From Polyangiaceae bacterium (GTDB lineage: Bacteria > Myxococcota_A > Polyangia > Polyangiales > Polyangiaceae), in the NCBI GenBank assembly GCA_044222475.1, contig JBGANF010000121.1:1-23567 (forward strand): a stretch of 23,567 nt of DNA, written 5' to 3'. The translations under genes were made by a program, and so were the position numbers. Shown piece by piece: positions 1 through 8,251 of this stretch; position 1 is the stretch's first letter, and each line of letters opens with the position of its first letter. The notes beneath the pieces are model-generated. The model saw nothing but the letters and a program-made list of their open reading frames with translations. It had not been told where the DNA came from and did not search any database.

Positions 1-345
1 CCACACCGGCGACGCTGGCGTGACTATCGCTCGCGTGGTGGCGCGCGCCCGGTGATGCGCTTCATCGCCGCCTTGTCGGAGGAGGAGGTCGCGTCGGTCA
101 TCGACGCGATGCGCGAGGTGGCACTCGACGGCCTGGTGCGAAGTCGCCACCTGCGCGGTGACGTCTACGAAGTCCGAGCCGACGCACCGACGCGAAGCTT
201 CCGCATCCTCTTCGCAGCCGAGGGCCACTTCGGCCAGATTCTGCTCGCGCTCTCCGCGTTCGAGAAGCGGACCCAGCGAACACCTCCGCGCGAGATCGCT
301 CTCGCCGAGGAGCGTCTGCGAGACTGGCGGCGGCGCGGACGCTGA
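1..345 (+). CDS. Type II toxin, RelE/ParE superfamily (HigB/phage Gp49-like); 5' end lies outside the window
   Basis: Frame 1 is open from base 1 (PHRRRWRDYRSRGGARPVMRFI...). It carries the Gp49/HigB-like motifs 'HLRGDVYEVR', 'FRILFA' and 'LALSAFEKRTQRTPPREIALAEERL', and lies directly upstream of an XRE-HTH gene. Confidence 0.85.
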   Translation, partial: PHRRRWRDYRSRGGARPVMRFIAALSEEEVASVIDAMREVALDGLVRSRHLRGDVYEVRADAPTRSFRILFAAEGHFGQILLALSAFEKRTQRTPPREIALAEERLRDWRRRGR

Positions 346-348
346 TGT

Positions 349-400
349 GCCATAGCGTGTAAGATATGGCGTTGACGATATGGACCCCAACCCACAAGAT
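349..400 (+). promoter_or_regulatory. Internal antitoxin promoter with upstream inverted repeat
   Basis: TTGACG (372-377), 17 nt, CAAGAT (395-400), 6 nt, ATG 407. Inverted repeat GCCATA-N10-TATGGC at 349-370. Confidence 0.5.
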
Positions 401-406
401 GAACCC

Positions 407-685
407 ATGGCGAAAGACTTCATCGACGAGATAGTGGCCCAACGTACGCGCAAGAACCCTTCGTTCCCCGCTCTCGTGGCCGAGGTCGCGGAGCGGAAGC
501 GAATCGCTCGCCGCCTCGTCGCGTTTCGGCTCGCGAAGTCGATCTCGCAAACCGTCGTCGCCGCGCGGATGGGGACGTCGGCGTCGGTCGTCAGCAAGCT
601 CGAAGCAGGGTGCGACGTGAAGGTATCGACGCTCCAGCGCTACTGCGCTGCCGTCGGGCAAAAGTTCCCGCAGGCGCTGCGATGA
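407..685 (+). CDS. XRE-family HTH antitoxin (HigA-like); alternative start at 380
   Basis: Cro/C1 HTH 'RLAKSISQTVVAARMGTSASVVSKLEAGCDVKVSTLQRYCAAVG'. The toxin-first gene order is typical of higBA. Confidence 0.88.
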   Translation: MAKDFIDEIVAQRTRKNPSFPALVAEVAERKRIARRLVAFRLAKSISQTVVAARMGTSASVVSKLEAGCDVKVSTLQRYCAAVGQKFPQALR

Positions 686-846
686 CGCTTCGGTGACGTG
701 CTGCGCGAAACCTTCATGGCACGACGCGTGCTGTGGCGTCGGTGTGGAGAATCTCTGGAATTGCACCCACCACGGTCCAGCAAAATCGTTGCGGCGCACC
801 GTCCCGCCCGACGCGACGGCCGGGCGTCGCACGTGCACCGGGTACA

Positions 847-969
847 AGGCCCCCCACGTGGCGCGAAGCGCCACGTTTGGGGGGCCTCCGCCGCGCGAAG
901 CGCGGCGGGGAAGTCACGAAGATCCTCGGTGGGGGGCACCCAAATCTTCTCTTCCGACTTCTCTTCCGA
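847..969. repeat. Tandem GC-rich hairpins with GAA loops plus a 12-bp direct repeat (REP-like element or bidirectional terminator)
   Basis: Hairpin AGGCCCCCCACGTGGCGC-GAA-GCGCCACGT(TT)GGGGGGCCT at 847-887. Hairpin CCGCCGCGC-GAA-GCGCGGCGG at 888-908. CTTCTCTTCCGA x2 at 946-969. All lie between convergent genes. Confidence 0.7.
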
Positions 970-978
970 CCGCGCCCG

Positions 979-3900
979 TCACTCCGCGGGCGACGGCGCC
1001 GCGTCCGGCTTCTTGCCGAACCCGAGCAGCCGCGCGAGCCGCGACTTCCCACCTTCGATCGTCAGGTAGAACACCGGCACGACCACCAGCGACAAGAGCG
1101 TCGAGCTGATGACGCCTCCGATGACCGCGATCGCCATCGGCGCTCGGAACTCGCTTCCGTCGCCGTTCGACGTCGCCGTCGGCAGCATGCCCAGGATCAT
1201 CGCCATGCTCGTCATCAGGATCGGCCGCAAGCGCTCCGGCCCCGCCTCGAGCACCGCCTGCAGCGGCGTCTCGCCGTGCTCGCGCACTCGCACCAGCGCC
1301 CGGTCGAGAAGGAGAATCGCGTTCTTCGTCACGAGACCCATCAAGAGGATGATCCCGATGAGCGCTCCCATCGCGATCGTCGTCCCCGACAGGAACAGCG
1401 CCACGATCGCTCCGACGAACGCCAGCGGCAACGTCATCATGATCGTCAGCGGGTGGATGAAGCTCTCGAACTGCGACGCGAGCACGATGTAGATGAAGAT
1501 GACGGCCAGCCCCATCGCGAGACCCATGTTGCCGTTCGTCTCGTTCATCTGCCGGATCTGACCGTCGAGGTGGTACGTCGCCCCCGGCGGCATCTTGATC
1601 TTGCCGAACGTCGAGTTCAGCTCCGGCACGATCTCGCCGAGCGGTCGCCCCTTCGGGAACCCCCAGATCACGATCTGCCGCTCGCGATCCTCGCGCTCGA
1701 TCACGTTCGGACCTTCACCGCGATCGACCGTCGCCAGGTCACCCAGCGCGATGGGCCCGCGCGGCGTCTGGATCGTCATGCGCAGCACGTCGTCGACGGT
1801 GCTGCGGTCGCTCTTGCCGAGGCGCACGCGGATCGGCACCTCGTCTTTGCCTTGACGCAGCTTGCCCGCCTCGTCGCCCTCGATGCCGTTGCGCAGCGTC
1901 ATCGCCACGACCGACACCGGGACGCCCGCGCGCGCCGCCTTGTCGCGATCGACCGACACGCGCAGCTCCGGCCGACCCGGGCTGTATTGCATCGACACGT
2001 CGGCCACTCCGGGGATCTGCTTCAGCGACGTCTCGAACTCGCGCGCCAGCGGCTCGAGCTCCTCGTACGTCGACGCGCGGACCTGCACCTGAATCGGCGC
2101 TTCCGTCGCCGCTCCTTCGACGAACGCCGGCGGCGACACCGCGATCTTCACGTCGCTGCCGAGCCCCGCGATGAGCACCTGCCTCGCGACGTCTTCCACT
2201 TGCTCCAGCGTCTCTTTGCGCTGGCTCTTCGACGTCGCGACGACGCGCCACTTCACCTTGTTCGTGTCGCCGTTGGGGCCGACGGTCGAGAGGATGGTGA
2301 CGAAGTTCTTGTTCTCGAGGACCTTCTTCTCGAGCGGCGCCGTGAGCTCGGCCGTGCGCTCGAGCGACGTGCCCGCGGGCAGCTCGATGTCGACGACGAA
2401 CTGACCGCGGTCCTCGGCGTTGACGAACTCGTTGCCCATGAGCCCCGCGATGCGACCCATGCCCCAGAGCGAGAACAGCGCGAGCGCGCCGACCGCCGCC
2501 ATGTTGCGCTTGCGCCGCACGGCCCAACCGAGGATCGCGCGGTAGACGACCTCGATCGTGTGGAATGCCCACAAGAACGGCTTCTTGATCGGCAGGAACG
2601 GATCCTTCGCGCCCGGGACGTGCGGCTTCGAGAAGCGGCTCGACAGCATCGGGTCGAGCGTGAACGCGACGAACAGCGACATCAGCGTGGCGCCGACGAT
2701 CGTGAGCCCGAACTGGCGGAAGAACTGACCGACCATGCCGTCCATGAAGGCGACCGGCACGAACACCGCGACGACCGTGAGCGTCGTCGCGAGGACGCTG
2801 AGGCTGATCTCCTTGGTGCCTTCGAGCGCAGCCGTCTTCGGGTCCTCGCCGCGCTCGAGGTGCTTCGTGATGTTCTCGCGCACGACGACCGCGTCGTCGA
2901 TGAGTAGGCCGATGGCCAAGCTCAGACCGAGCAGCGTCATCATGTTCAGCGTGAACTTGAACAGGTACATGACGAAGAACGTCGCGATGACGCTCGTCGG
3001 CAGCGCGATCGAGCTGATCAGCGTCGACCGCAGGTCGAGCATGAACAGCAGGATCACGAGGATGGCCATCGCGCCGCCGAAGAAGATCGCGACCTCGACC
3101 TCGTGCGCGTTCTCGCGGATGAACTTGGACTGATCGATGATCAGCGCGGGCTTCATGCCGGTGGGGAACGTCTTCTGGATCTCATCGAGCTTGATGCGCA
3201 CCGCGTCGGCGACGGCGACCGTGTTCTTGCCCGACTGCTTCACGACGTCGAACGCGACGGCCGGCTCGCCGTTGGAGCGGATGCGCGTCTTCTGCTCTTC
3301 GAAGTCGTCTTCGACGGTGGAGATGTCGCCGAGGCGCACCGCCGAGCCGTCGGCTGCGGTCGCCACGATGAGGTTCCGAATCTCGTCGACGTTCTTGAAC
3401 TCGCCGACGGTGCGGACGTTGATGTCCTTCGTGCCTTCGGAGTAGTGGCCGGCCGGTACCGTCAGGTTCTCGGCCTTGATCGCGTTCATGATCGCCGGTG
3501 CCGAGAGCTTCAGCGCGTCGATCTTGGCGAGATCGAGCTCGACGTGGACCTCGCGGTCGGCGGCGCCCTTGACCTCGACCGAGGCGACGCCGTCGACCTG
3601 CTCGAGCGCGGGCTTGATGACGTCTTTGGCGAATTTCTGCGTCTCCGCGAGGGAGCGCCCGCTGCCGCTCAGCGTGTAGGTGAGCACCGGCGACGCGCCG
3701 ACGTCGAACCGGTTGACGGCCGGCTCCTTCACCTCTTGCGGGAGCTTGAAGCGCGTCTGCGACACACGTTCGCGCACCTGCGTCGCGGCGTCTTCGATGT
3801 TCACGCCGAGCTTGAACATGATGATCGTCGTCGACAGACCTTCACGCGAGTAGGTCTTCATCCGGTCGATGCCGTTGAGCGAGACGACCGAGTCCTCGAT

Positions 3901-4098
3901 CGGCTTGGTGACCAGCGTCTCGACCTCGCTCGGCGACGCGCCCGGATACACGACGTTGATCGCGACGACCGGGAACGTGACGTCGGGGAAGAGGTCCGTA
4001 CCAAGTCGGGACAAGCCGACGAGCCCGAAGACCATGAGCGCCAGCGTCACCATGACGGTGAACACCGGGCGCTTGATGGCGATGGCAGAGAGGTTCAC
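979..4098 (-). CDS. RND efflux transporter permease subunit (AcrB/AcrD/AcrF family)
   Basis: 1039 aa. N-terminus 'AIKRPVF...DLFPDV'; proton-relay motifs 'GLLIDDAVVVRE', 'GLVTKNAILL' and 'RLRPILMT'. GTG start preceded by a GAGGAGG Shine-Dalgarno (SD). Confidence 0.97.
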   Translation of the reverse strand: MNLSAIAIKRPVFTVMVTLALMVFGLVGLSRLGTDLFPDVTFPVVAINVVYPGASPSEVETLVTKPIEDSVVSLNGIDRMKTYSREGLSTTIIMFKLGVNIEDAATQVRERVSQTRFKLPQEVKEPAVNRFDVGASPVLTYTLSGSGRSLAETQKFAKDVIKPALEQVDGVASVEVKGAADREVHVELDLAKIDALKLSAPAIMNAIKAENLTVPAGHYSEGTKDINVRTVGEFKNVDEIRNLIVATAADGSAVRLGDISTVEDDFEEQKTRIRSNGEPAVAFDVVKQSGKNTVAVADAVRIKLDEIQKTFPTGMKPALIIDQSKFIRENAHEVEVAIFFGGAMAILVILLFMLDLRSTLISSIALPTSVIATFFVMYLFKFTLNMMTLLGLSLAIGLLIDDAVVVRENITKHLERGEDPKTAALEGTKEISLSVLATTLTVVAVFVPVAFMDGMVGQFFRQFGLTIVGATLMSLFVAFTLDPMLSSRFSKPHVPGAKDPFLPIKKPFLWAFHTIEVVYRAILGWAVRRKRNMAAVGALALFSLWGMGRIAGLMGNEFVNAEDRGQFVVDIELPAGTSLERTAELTAPLEKKVLENKNFVTILSTVGPNGDTNKVKWRVVATSKSQRKETLEQVEDVARQVLIAGLGSDVKIAVSPPAFVEGAATEAPIQVQVRASTYEELEPLAREFETSLKQIPGVADVSMQYSPGRPELRVSVDRDKAARAGVPVSVVAMTLRNGIEGDEAGKLRQGKDEVPIRVRLGKSDRSTVDDVLRMTIQTPRGPIALGDLATVDRGEGPNVIEREDRERQIVIWGFPKGRPLGEIVPELNSTFGKIKMPPGATYHLDGQIRQMNETNGNMGLAMGLAVIFIYIVLASQFESFIHPLTIMMTLPLAFVGAIVALFLSGTTIAMGALIGIILLMGLVTKNAILLLDRALVRVREHGETPLQAVLEAGPERLRPILMTSMAMILGMLPTATSNGDGSEFRAPMAIAVIGGVISSTLLSLVVVPVFYLTIEGGKSRLARLLGFGKKPDAAPSPAE

Positions 4099-4108
4099 GC
4101 GCGCCTCC

Positions 4109-5287
4109 TCAGTTCGCCTGCGGCTTGGTGACCACGGGGTCGCCGTCGTGCAGGTCGGTGCCGGGGGAGAGGATGACTTGGTCGGTCGCCGTCAGGAGCC
4201 CATCGCGGACGATGAGCGACCCGTTGGGATCGGTGCTGGCCGCGATGCGCAGCACGACGGCCTTGCCGTCGCGCACGACGACGATCTGGTTCTCGGCGCC
4301 GGGGCGGCGCGTCGTGGCCGGGATCTTCATCGCCGGGACCTCGCGTCCGCTGTCGATCGTGGCGTGCACGAAGCTCCACGCGAGGAGCGGGTCCTTCGGG
4401 TCGTTCGGGATGTCGATCTCGATCGGCGCGCGGCGCGTCGCCTGATCGAGCGACGGGATCACGGTCGCGACGCGACCGCTGACCTGCCGGTCACGGTACT
4501 TCACCGTCGCGGTCAGGCCCGGCTTCACGAGGTCGGCGAGCTCCTCGCCGATCGTCGCCGCGAGGCGGAAGTGCGAGTGGTCCTCGAGGTGGACGAGCGG
4601 CGCACCGACCGCGACGACGCCGCCGGCCGACGTCGGCGCTTTCGTCACGAGGCCCGCGAACGGTGCGGTGATCGATCGCTGGCCCGCGCCAGTTCGCGCG
4701 AGGCGCTCGGTGGCGCGCGCGCCTTCGAGCTGGGCCTTCGCGAGGGCGACCTGCTGCCGCGCCGCGACGGCTTGCGCCTCGGTGACGGACTTGGACGCGA
4801 TGAGCGCCTCGATGCGCTTGAGGTTGTCCTCGGCGAGGGCGAGGTTCGCCTCGGCCGCGGACGTCTGCGCTTCGGCCTGGCCGATCTGCGCGCTCGCCAT
4901 CGACGCGTCGAGGTACGCGAGCTGCTGGCCTTCCTTGACGGTGTCGCCGGTGGTCACGAGCACGCGGTTCAGCCGCCCAGGTTGCTCGAAGCTCACGTCG
5001 GCCGAGCGCCACGGCTGCAGCGTGCCGGTGATCTCGACGAGCGGCTTCCACGTCGTCGTCTGCGGCGTGACCGTGATCAGCGGGTCCTTGTTCAACGCGG
5101 CCGCCTGCGCAGTCGCACGATCGGTCTCGAGGTGGGCCTTCTTCTCGTTGGCGGCCTTCACCTTCACGCCGATGAGAACGGCGAGCCCGACGAGGAGTGC
5201 TCCCCCGATCACCATCGCCGTGCGCAGCTGCGTCTTCGTAGCCGGTTTCGGCGCGTTCGGATCCTGTTCGTATCCACTCATCGTCAT
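4109..5287 (-). CDS. RND periplasmic adaptor (membrane fusion protein)
   Basis: N-terminal TM helix, lipoyl half-motifs 'VLVTTGDTVKEGQQLAYLD' and 'ITAPFAGLV', an alpha-hairpin and 'IPSLDQATR'. ATG at 5287 overlaps the TetR stop (ATGA). The ORF-track extension to 5680 is spurious. Confidence 0.93.
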   Translation of the reverse strand: MTMSGYEQDPNAPKPATKTQLRTAMVIGGALLVGLAVLIGVKVKAANEKKAHLETDRATAQAAALNKDPLITVTPQTTTWKPLVEITGTLQPWRSADVSFEQPGRLNRVLVTTGDTVKEGQQLAYLDASMASAQIGQAEAQTSAAEANLALAEDNLKRIEALIASKSVTEAQAVAARQQVALAKAQLEGARATERLARTGAGQRSITAPFAGLVTKAPTSAGGVVAVGAPLVHLEDHSHFRLAATIGEELADLVKPGLTATVKYRDRQVSGRVATVIPSLDQATRRAPIEIDIPNDPKDPLLAWSFVHATIDSGREVPAMKIPATTRRPGAENQIVVVRDGKAVVLRIAASTDPNGSLIVRDGLLTATDQVILSPGTDLHDGDPVVTKPQAN

Positions 5288-5964
5288 GGTGCCCTCAAGT
5301 GCGGCTTGGCCGACTTCCCACTTCTCGCGCCCACGGCGCGGTCGCGCCGTTCCTGTGCCTTGCGCAGCGTCTCGGTCCCCATCCCGAGCACGAGCATCCG
5401 CTGCGTCTCGCGGAGCCACTCGCCGATCGGCGGCTTCTTGGTCTGAGTGACCATCTTCCGCACGACCTCGCGGTAGCCGCCGCAGATCATCGTCGCCGCC
5501 ACCGACTCGTCGACGGTGGGACGGAAGAAGCCGAGCTCCTTCCACGCACGAATCCAGCGCTCCGAGTTCTTCTGCGTGTGCTCGAGGAACGCGTCCAGCA
5601 GGTACCGATGGCTCCCACTGCAGCTCTCGACGATCTGCAGGAAGGCCCGGTTCTGCCAGAGGTACTCGAAGGTGGAGCAATCATGCTCATAGATGAAATC
5701 GAGCATCGCTTCGGGGTCGCGCGGGAGCGACGTGAACGTTTCTGGCTCCTGCACCAGGGCGCTGCAGCGCGCCAGGAAGGACTCGACGACCTCGCGGAAG
5801 GCCTCTTCCTTGCTCTCGAAGTGAAGGTAGAAGGCGCCCTTCGAGACCTTCGCCCGACGCGCGATCTCCTCGACCCGGGCTCCTTCGAGCCCCTTCTCGG
5901 CAAACACCTCCTCCGCCGTGCGGAGAAGCGCTACCTTGGCCATCAGATCAGGCGTCCGTGACAT
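5284..5964 (-). CDS. TetR/AcrR family transcriptional regulator
   Basis: HTH 'LLRTAEEVFAEKGLEGARVEEIARRAKVSKGAFYLHFESKEE'. ATG at 5964 with a GAGGA SD. First gene of the efflux operon. Confidence 0.95.
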   Translation of the reverse strand: MSRTPDLMAKVALLRTAEEVFAEKGLEGARVEEIARRAKVSKGAFYLHFESKEEAFREVVESFLARCSALVQEPETFTSLPRDPEAMLDFIYEHDCSTFEYLWQNRAFLQIVESCSGSHRYLLDAFLEHTQKNSERWIRAWKELGFFRPTVDESVAATMICGGYREVVRKMVTQTKKPPIGEWLRETQRMLVLGMGTETLRKAQERRDRAVGARSGKSAKPHLRAP

Positions 5965-5991
5965 GAGTCCTCGTCCCCCTAATGCGATTCT

Positions 5992-6032
5992 TGACCCGCG
6001 GGTCACTATAGGGTCGCGACGCCCAGAAGCAA
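5992..6032 (-). promoter_or_regulatory. Promoter of the tetR-MFP-RND operon with a palindromic TetR operator
   Basis: Minus strand reads TTGCTT (6032-6027), 16 nt, TATAGT (6010-6005). The perfect 14-bp palindrome TGACCCGCGGGTCA (5992-6005) abuts the -10 and covers the predicted +1. Confidence 0.7.
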
Positions 6033-6099
6033 GCCGCGACGCATGAAGTTCTGCAAACTCGCCCTGTCGGATAAGCGACATCCCGGGACCGGTGAACGG

Positions 6100-6462
6100 G
6101 TGCTCCGTGGATGTGCGCTGCTCGTCGTCGCGATCGTGGGCATCGGTGCATGTAGACGCACCACCGACCCCGGATTCGACATCGTGCCCGTGCCTTCGGC
6201 GGCGTATCTCGCGGTGGCCTACCCCGAGGGCGGCGTCGCGCCCGACGGCGGAGCGCGCGAAGGCGGCGCGGCCGCGCTCTCTACGAGGTGCGAGCCGCCC
6301 CCCGAAGACGACTTCGAGCCCAACGACGACGTGCCGGAGTGCCCATCGCGGAACAGTCTCGGCTGGTCGCTCGATCCGAGAGCGACGGAGAGGCACCGCG
6401 ACAAGGACGAGGACGTGTGTTGTTACAAACGGGGAGTGGTGCGGATCCCGGAAGAGGAGTGA
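6100..6462 (+). CDS. Small Cys-containing putative lipoprotein, hypothetical (start uncertain; ORF open from 6043)
   Basis: GTG 6100 gives the signal 'MLRGCALLVVAIVGIGA-C' (lipobox-like). The acidic C-terminal part has four Cys ending in 'VCCY'. It fills the gap up to the convergent gene ending at 6467. Confidence 0.6.
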   Translation: MLRGCALLVVAIVGIGACRRTTDPGFDIVPVPSAAYLAVAYPEGGVAPDGGAREGGAAALSTRCEPPPEDDFEPNDDVPECPSRNSLGWSLDPRATERHRDKDEDVCCYKRGVVRIPEEE

Positions 6463-6466
6463 ACCG

Positions 6467-8233
6467 TCACTTCGCCGTGTTCGGTCCCGCTCCGCTTCGC
6501 AGAAGATTCCCGCGACCCGTCGGCCAGGGCATGCACGCCTTGCCCGAGCCCGGCACGGTGAACACGTCGAGCCCGTGCTCGAACGTCGCGACGACGATCT
6601 CGAGCTGACCGTCTCCGTCGATGTCGCCGACCGACGGCGCCGCCGGGATGCCGATGCCGTTGCCGTTCGTCCCTTGGTTCGGCAGCGGCACGTCGAAGAG
6701 GAGCGCGCCGGTGTTCGCGAGCACGATCAGGTGTCCGCCGTTCGCCACCAGCGAGTACGTACCGAAGACGATCTCGGGCGCGCCGTCCTTGTTGAGGTCG
6801 ACGACGACCGGCTCCGACGCGAACACCTTGGGCGCGCCCTTCGCGTAGTCGTACCGCCAGAGCCGCGATCCGTCGGGCGCGATCGCGTAGACGTACCCAT
6901 CGGGGATCGACGCGACGATCTCGGGCCGCGCGTCGCCGAGGATGTTGACGGTGACCGGCGCCGGGATTCCATCGGGCGGGTAGTAGTCACCCGAAGGGCG
7001 CACCGCGGGTTTGTCGGTGAAGGGCAGCGTCTCGAAGCCGGCGTGTCGCCGCGCGGAGCGCGCGCCGCCGTTTTGCGCGCCGTCGAGCACCATGAACGCG
7101 TAGCCCTGCGTCTCGTAGGGCTCCTTCATCTCGGCGTTGGGGATCCCGACGACCTCGTTCTTGCCGTCGCCATCCATGTCGACGACGTTCGGCGGCGACG
7201 CGGTCCACTGCAGCCACATCGTCGTCTTCACGTCGGGCCAGGGCCCGGTGTGCAGGTGGTAGTGATCGTCTTCGACCTTCGGATCGAGCCAGCGAATGAA
7301 CTGGCCCCAACCGAGGCGCATGCCCGCGTATTTCGTCGCGCGGTTCGTGTACCAGTCGGACGAGAGGACGGACGTGCCGTCGGGGTTGAAGACGTTGATC
7401 TGGTGGTTGTCGTACGTGGCGATGACCTCGAGATCGGGATCGTCGTCGACGTTGCCGATGCCGACGTTCTCGCCGTAGCAGCCGTAGCCCTGGTTGCCCT
7501 CGCCGTTGAAGTCGGCGTCGTTGCCGGGGCCGGTGAGCGTGTTGTAGCGAGGCCACGCCGTCACCGTCGCGGCCTTGGGCTGGAAGAGCTTGCCGTCGGC
7601 GGAGAAGACGAAGACCTGCGCGCCGGTCTGCGCGGTGTTCGTCGTCGTGACGGCGACCTCGATCTTGCCGTCGCCGTCGAGATCGCCGGCGGCCATGCCG
7701 CGCGCCTCGGGACATTGCCCGCCGCTGCACGTGGACGCGGGCCAGCCCGCCTTGACCGAGAGCGTGCCGCCCTTGAACTCGTACGCGGCGACGGTGCCTT
7801 CGTTCCCGCCGACGACGATCTCCTTCACGCCGTCGCCGTCGAGATCGGCCACGACGCCGGGCGCGTACACGCGGCCCTTCGTCGCGGTTCCCTTCGCGAG
7901 CTGCTTGCCCGACGCGTCGAAGACGAACGTCGAGTAGAGCGGCGCGACGATCTCCGCCTTTCCGTCGCCGTCGAGATCGACGATCGCGGGCGACGAGAAC
8001 CACGCCGTCTCGCCGGCCTTCATGTTGCGAACGAACGTCGGCGCTTGGACCGCGCCGGCCGACGTCTCTGCTTTGCACGCCGCGGTCGGCGTCACCGAGC
8101 CGTCGTCGAAGACGCTCGCGTCGCCGCGCGGCGGTGTCGGAGTCGTGGTGGCGTCGTCACCGCACGCCGCGATCGCGAGCCAACCCAACGCGAGCCCCGA
8201 AGGTACGAAGAGCGCACAGCGTGATCGTCGCAT
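6467..8233 (-). CDS. FG-GAP/VCBS-repeat beta-propeller lipoprotein
   Basis: Lipobox 'LAIAA-C'. Repeated DxDGDG-type Ca-binding motifs (DLDGDG x3, NVDDD, DMDGDG, DLNKDG, DIDGDG). C-terminal 'PWPTGRGNLLRSG'. Confidence 0.88.
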   Translation of the reverse strand: MRRSRCALFVPSGLALGWLAIAACGDDATTTPTPPRGDASVFDDGSVTPTAACKAETSAGAVQAPTFVRNMKAGETAWFSSPAIVDLDGDGKAEIVAPLYSTFVFDASGKQLAKGTATKGRVYAPGVVADLDGDGVKEIVVGGNEGTVAAYEFKGGTLSVKAGWPASTCSGGQCPEARGMAAGDLDGDGKIEVAVTTTNTAQTGAQVFVFSADGKLFQPKAATVTAWPRYNTLTGPGNDADFNGEGNQGYGCYGENVGIGNVDDDPDLEVIATYDNHQINVFNPDGTSVLSSDWYTNRATKYAGMRLGWGQFIRWLDPKVEDDHYHLHTGPWPDVKTTMWLQWTASPPNVVDMDGDGKNEVVGIPNAEMKEPYETQGYAFMVLDGAQNGGARSARRHAGFETLPFTDKPAVRPSGDYYPPDGIPAPVTVNILGDARPEIVASIPDGYVYAIAPDGSRLWRYDYAKGAPKVFASEPVVVDLNKDGAPEIVFGTYSLVANGGHLIVLANTGALLFDVPLPNQGTNGNGIGIPAAPSVGDIDGDGQLEIVVATFEHGLDVFTVPGSGKACMPWPTGRGNLLRSGAGPNTAK

Positions 8234-8251
8234 CCCATGAGAATAGCCCCA

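Noticed and set aside
1..978. Prophage or mobile-element boundary near the TA pair
   Set aside because: No integrase, transposase, tRNA or att-like duplication is visible. A TA module alone is not sufficient evidence.
733..5446. Long plus-strand ORFs 733..2907, 3103..4131 and 3869..5446
   Set aside because: They are antisense shadows of the RND and MFP genes. The Arg/His-rich translations have no motifs, as expected from high-GC codon bias.
5288..6396. N-terminal extensions of MFP (to 5680) and TetR (to 6396)
   Set aside because: The extensions overlap other genes and the operator. SD-supported starts exist at 5287 and 5964.
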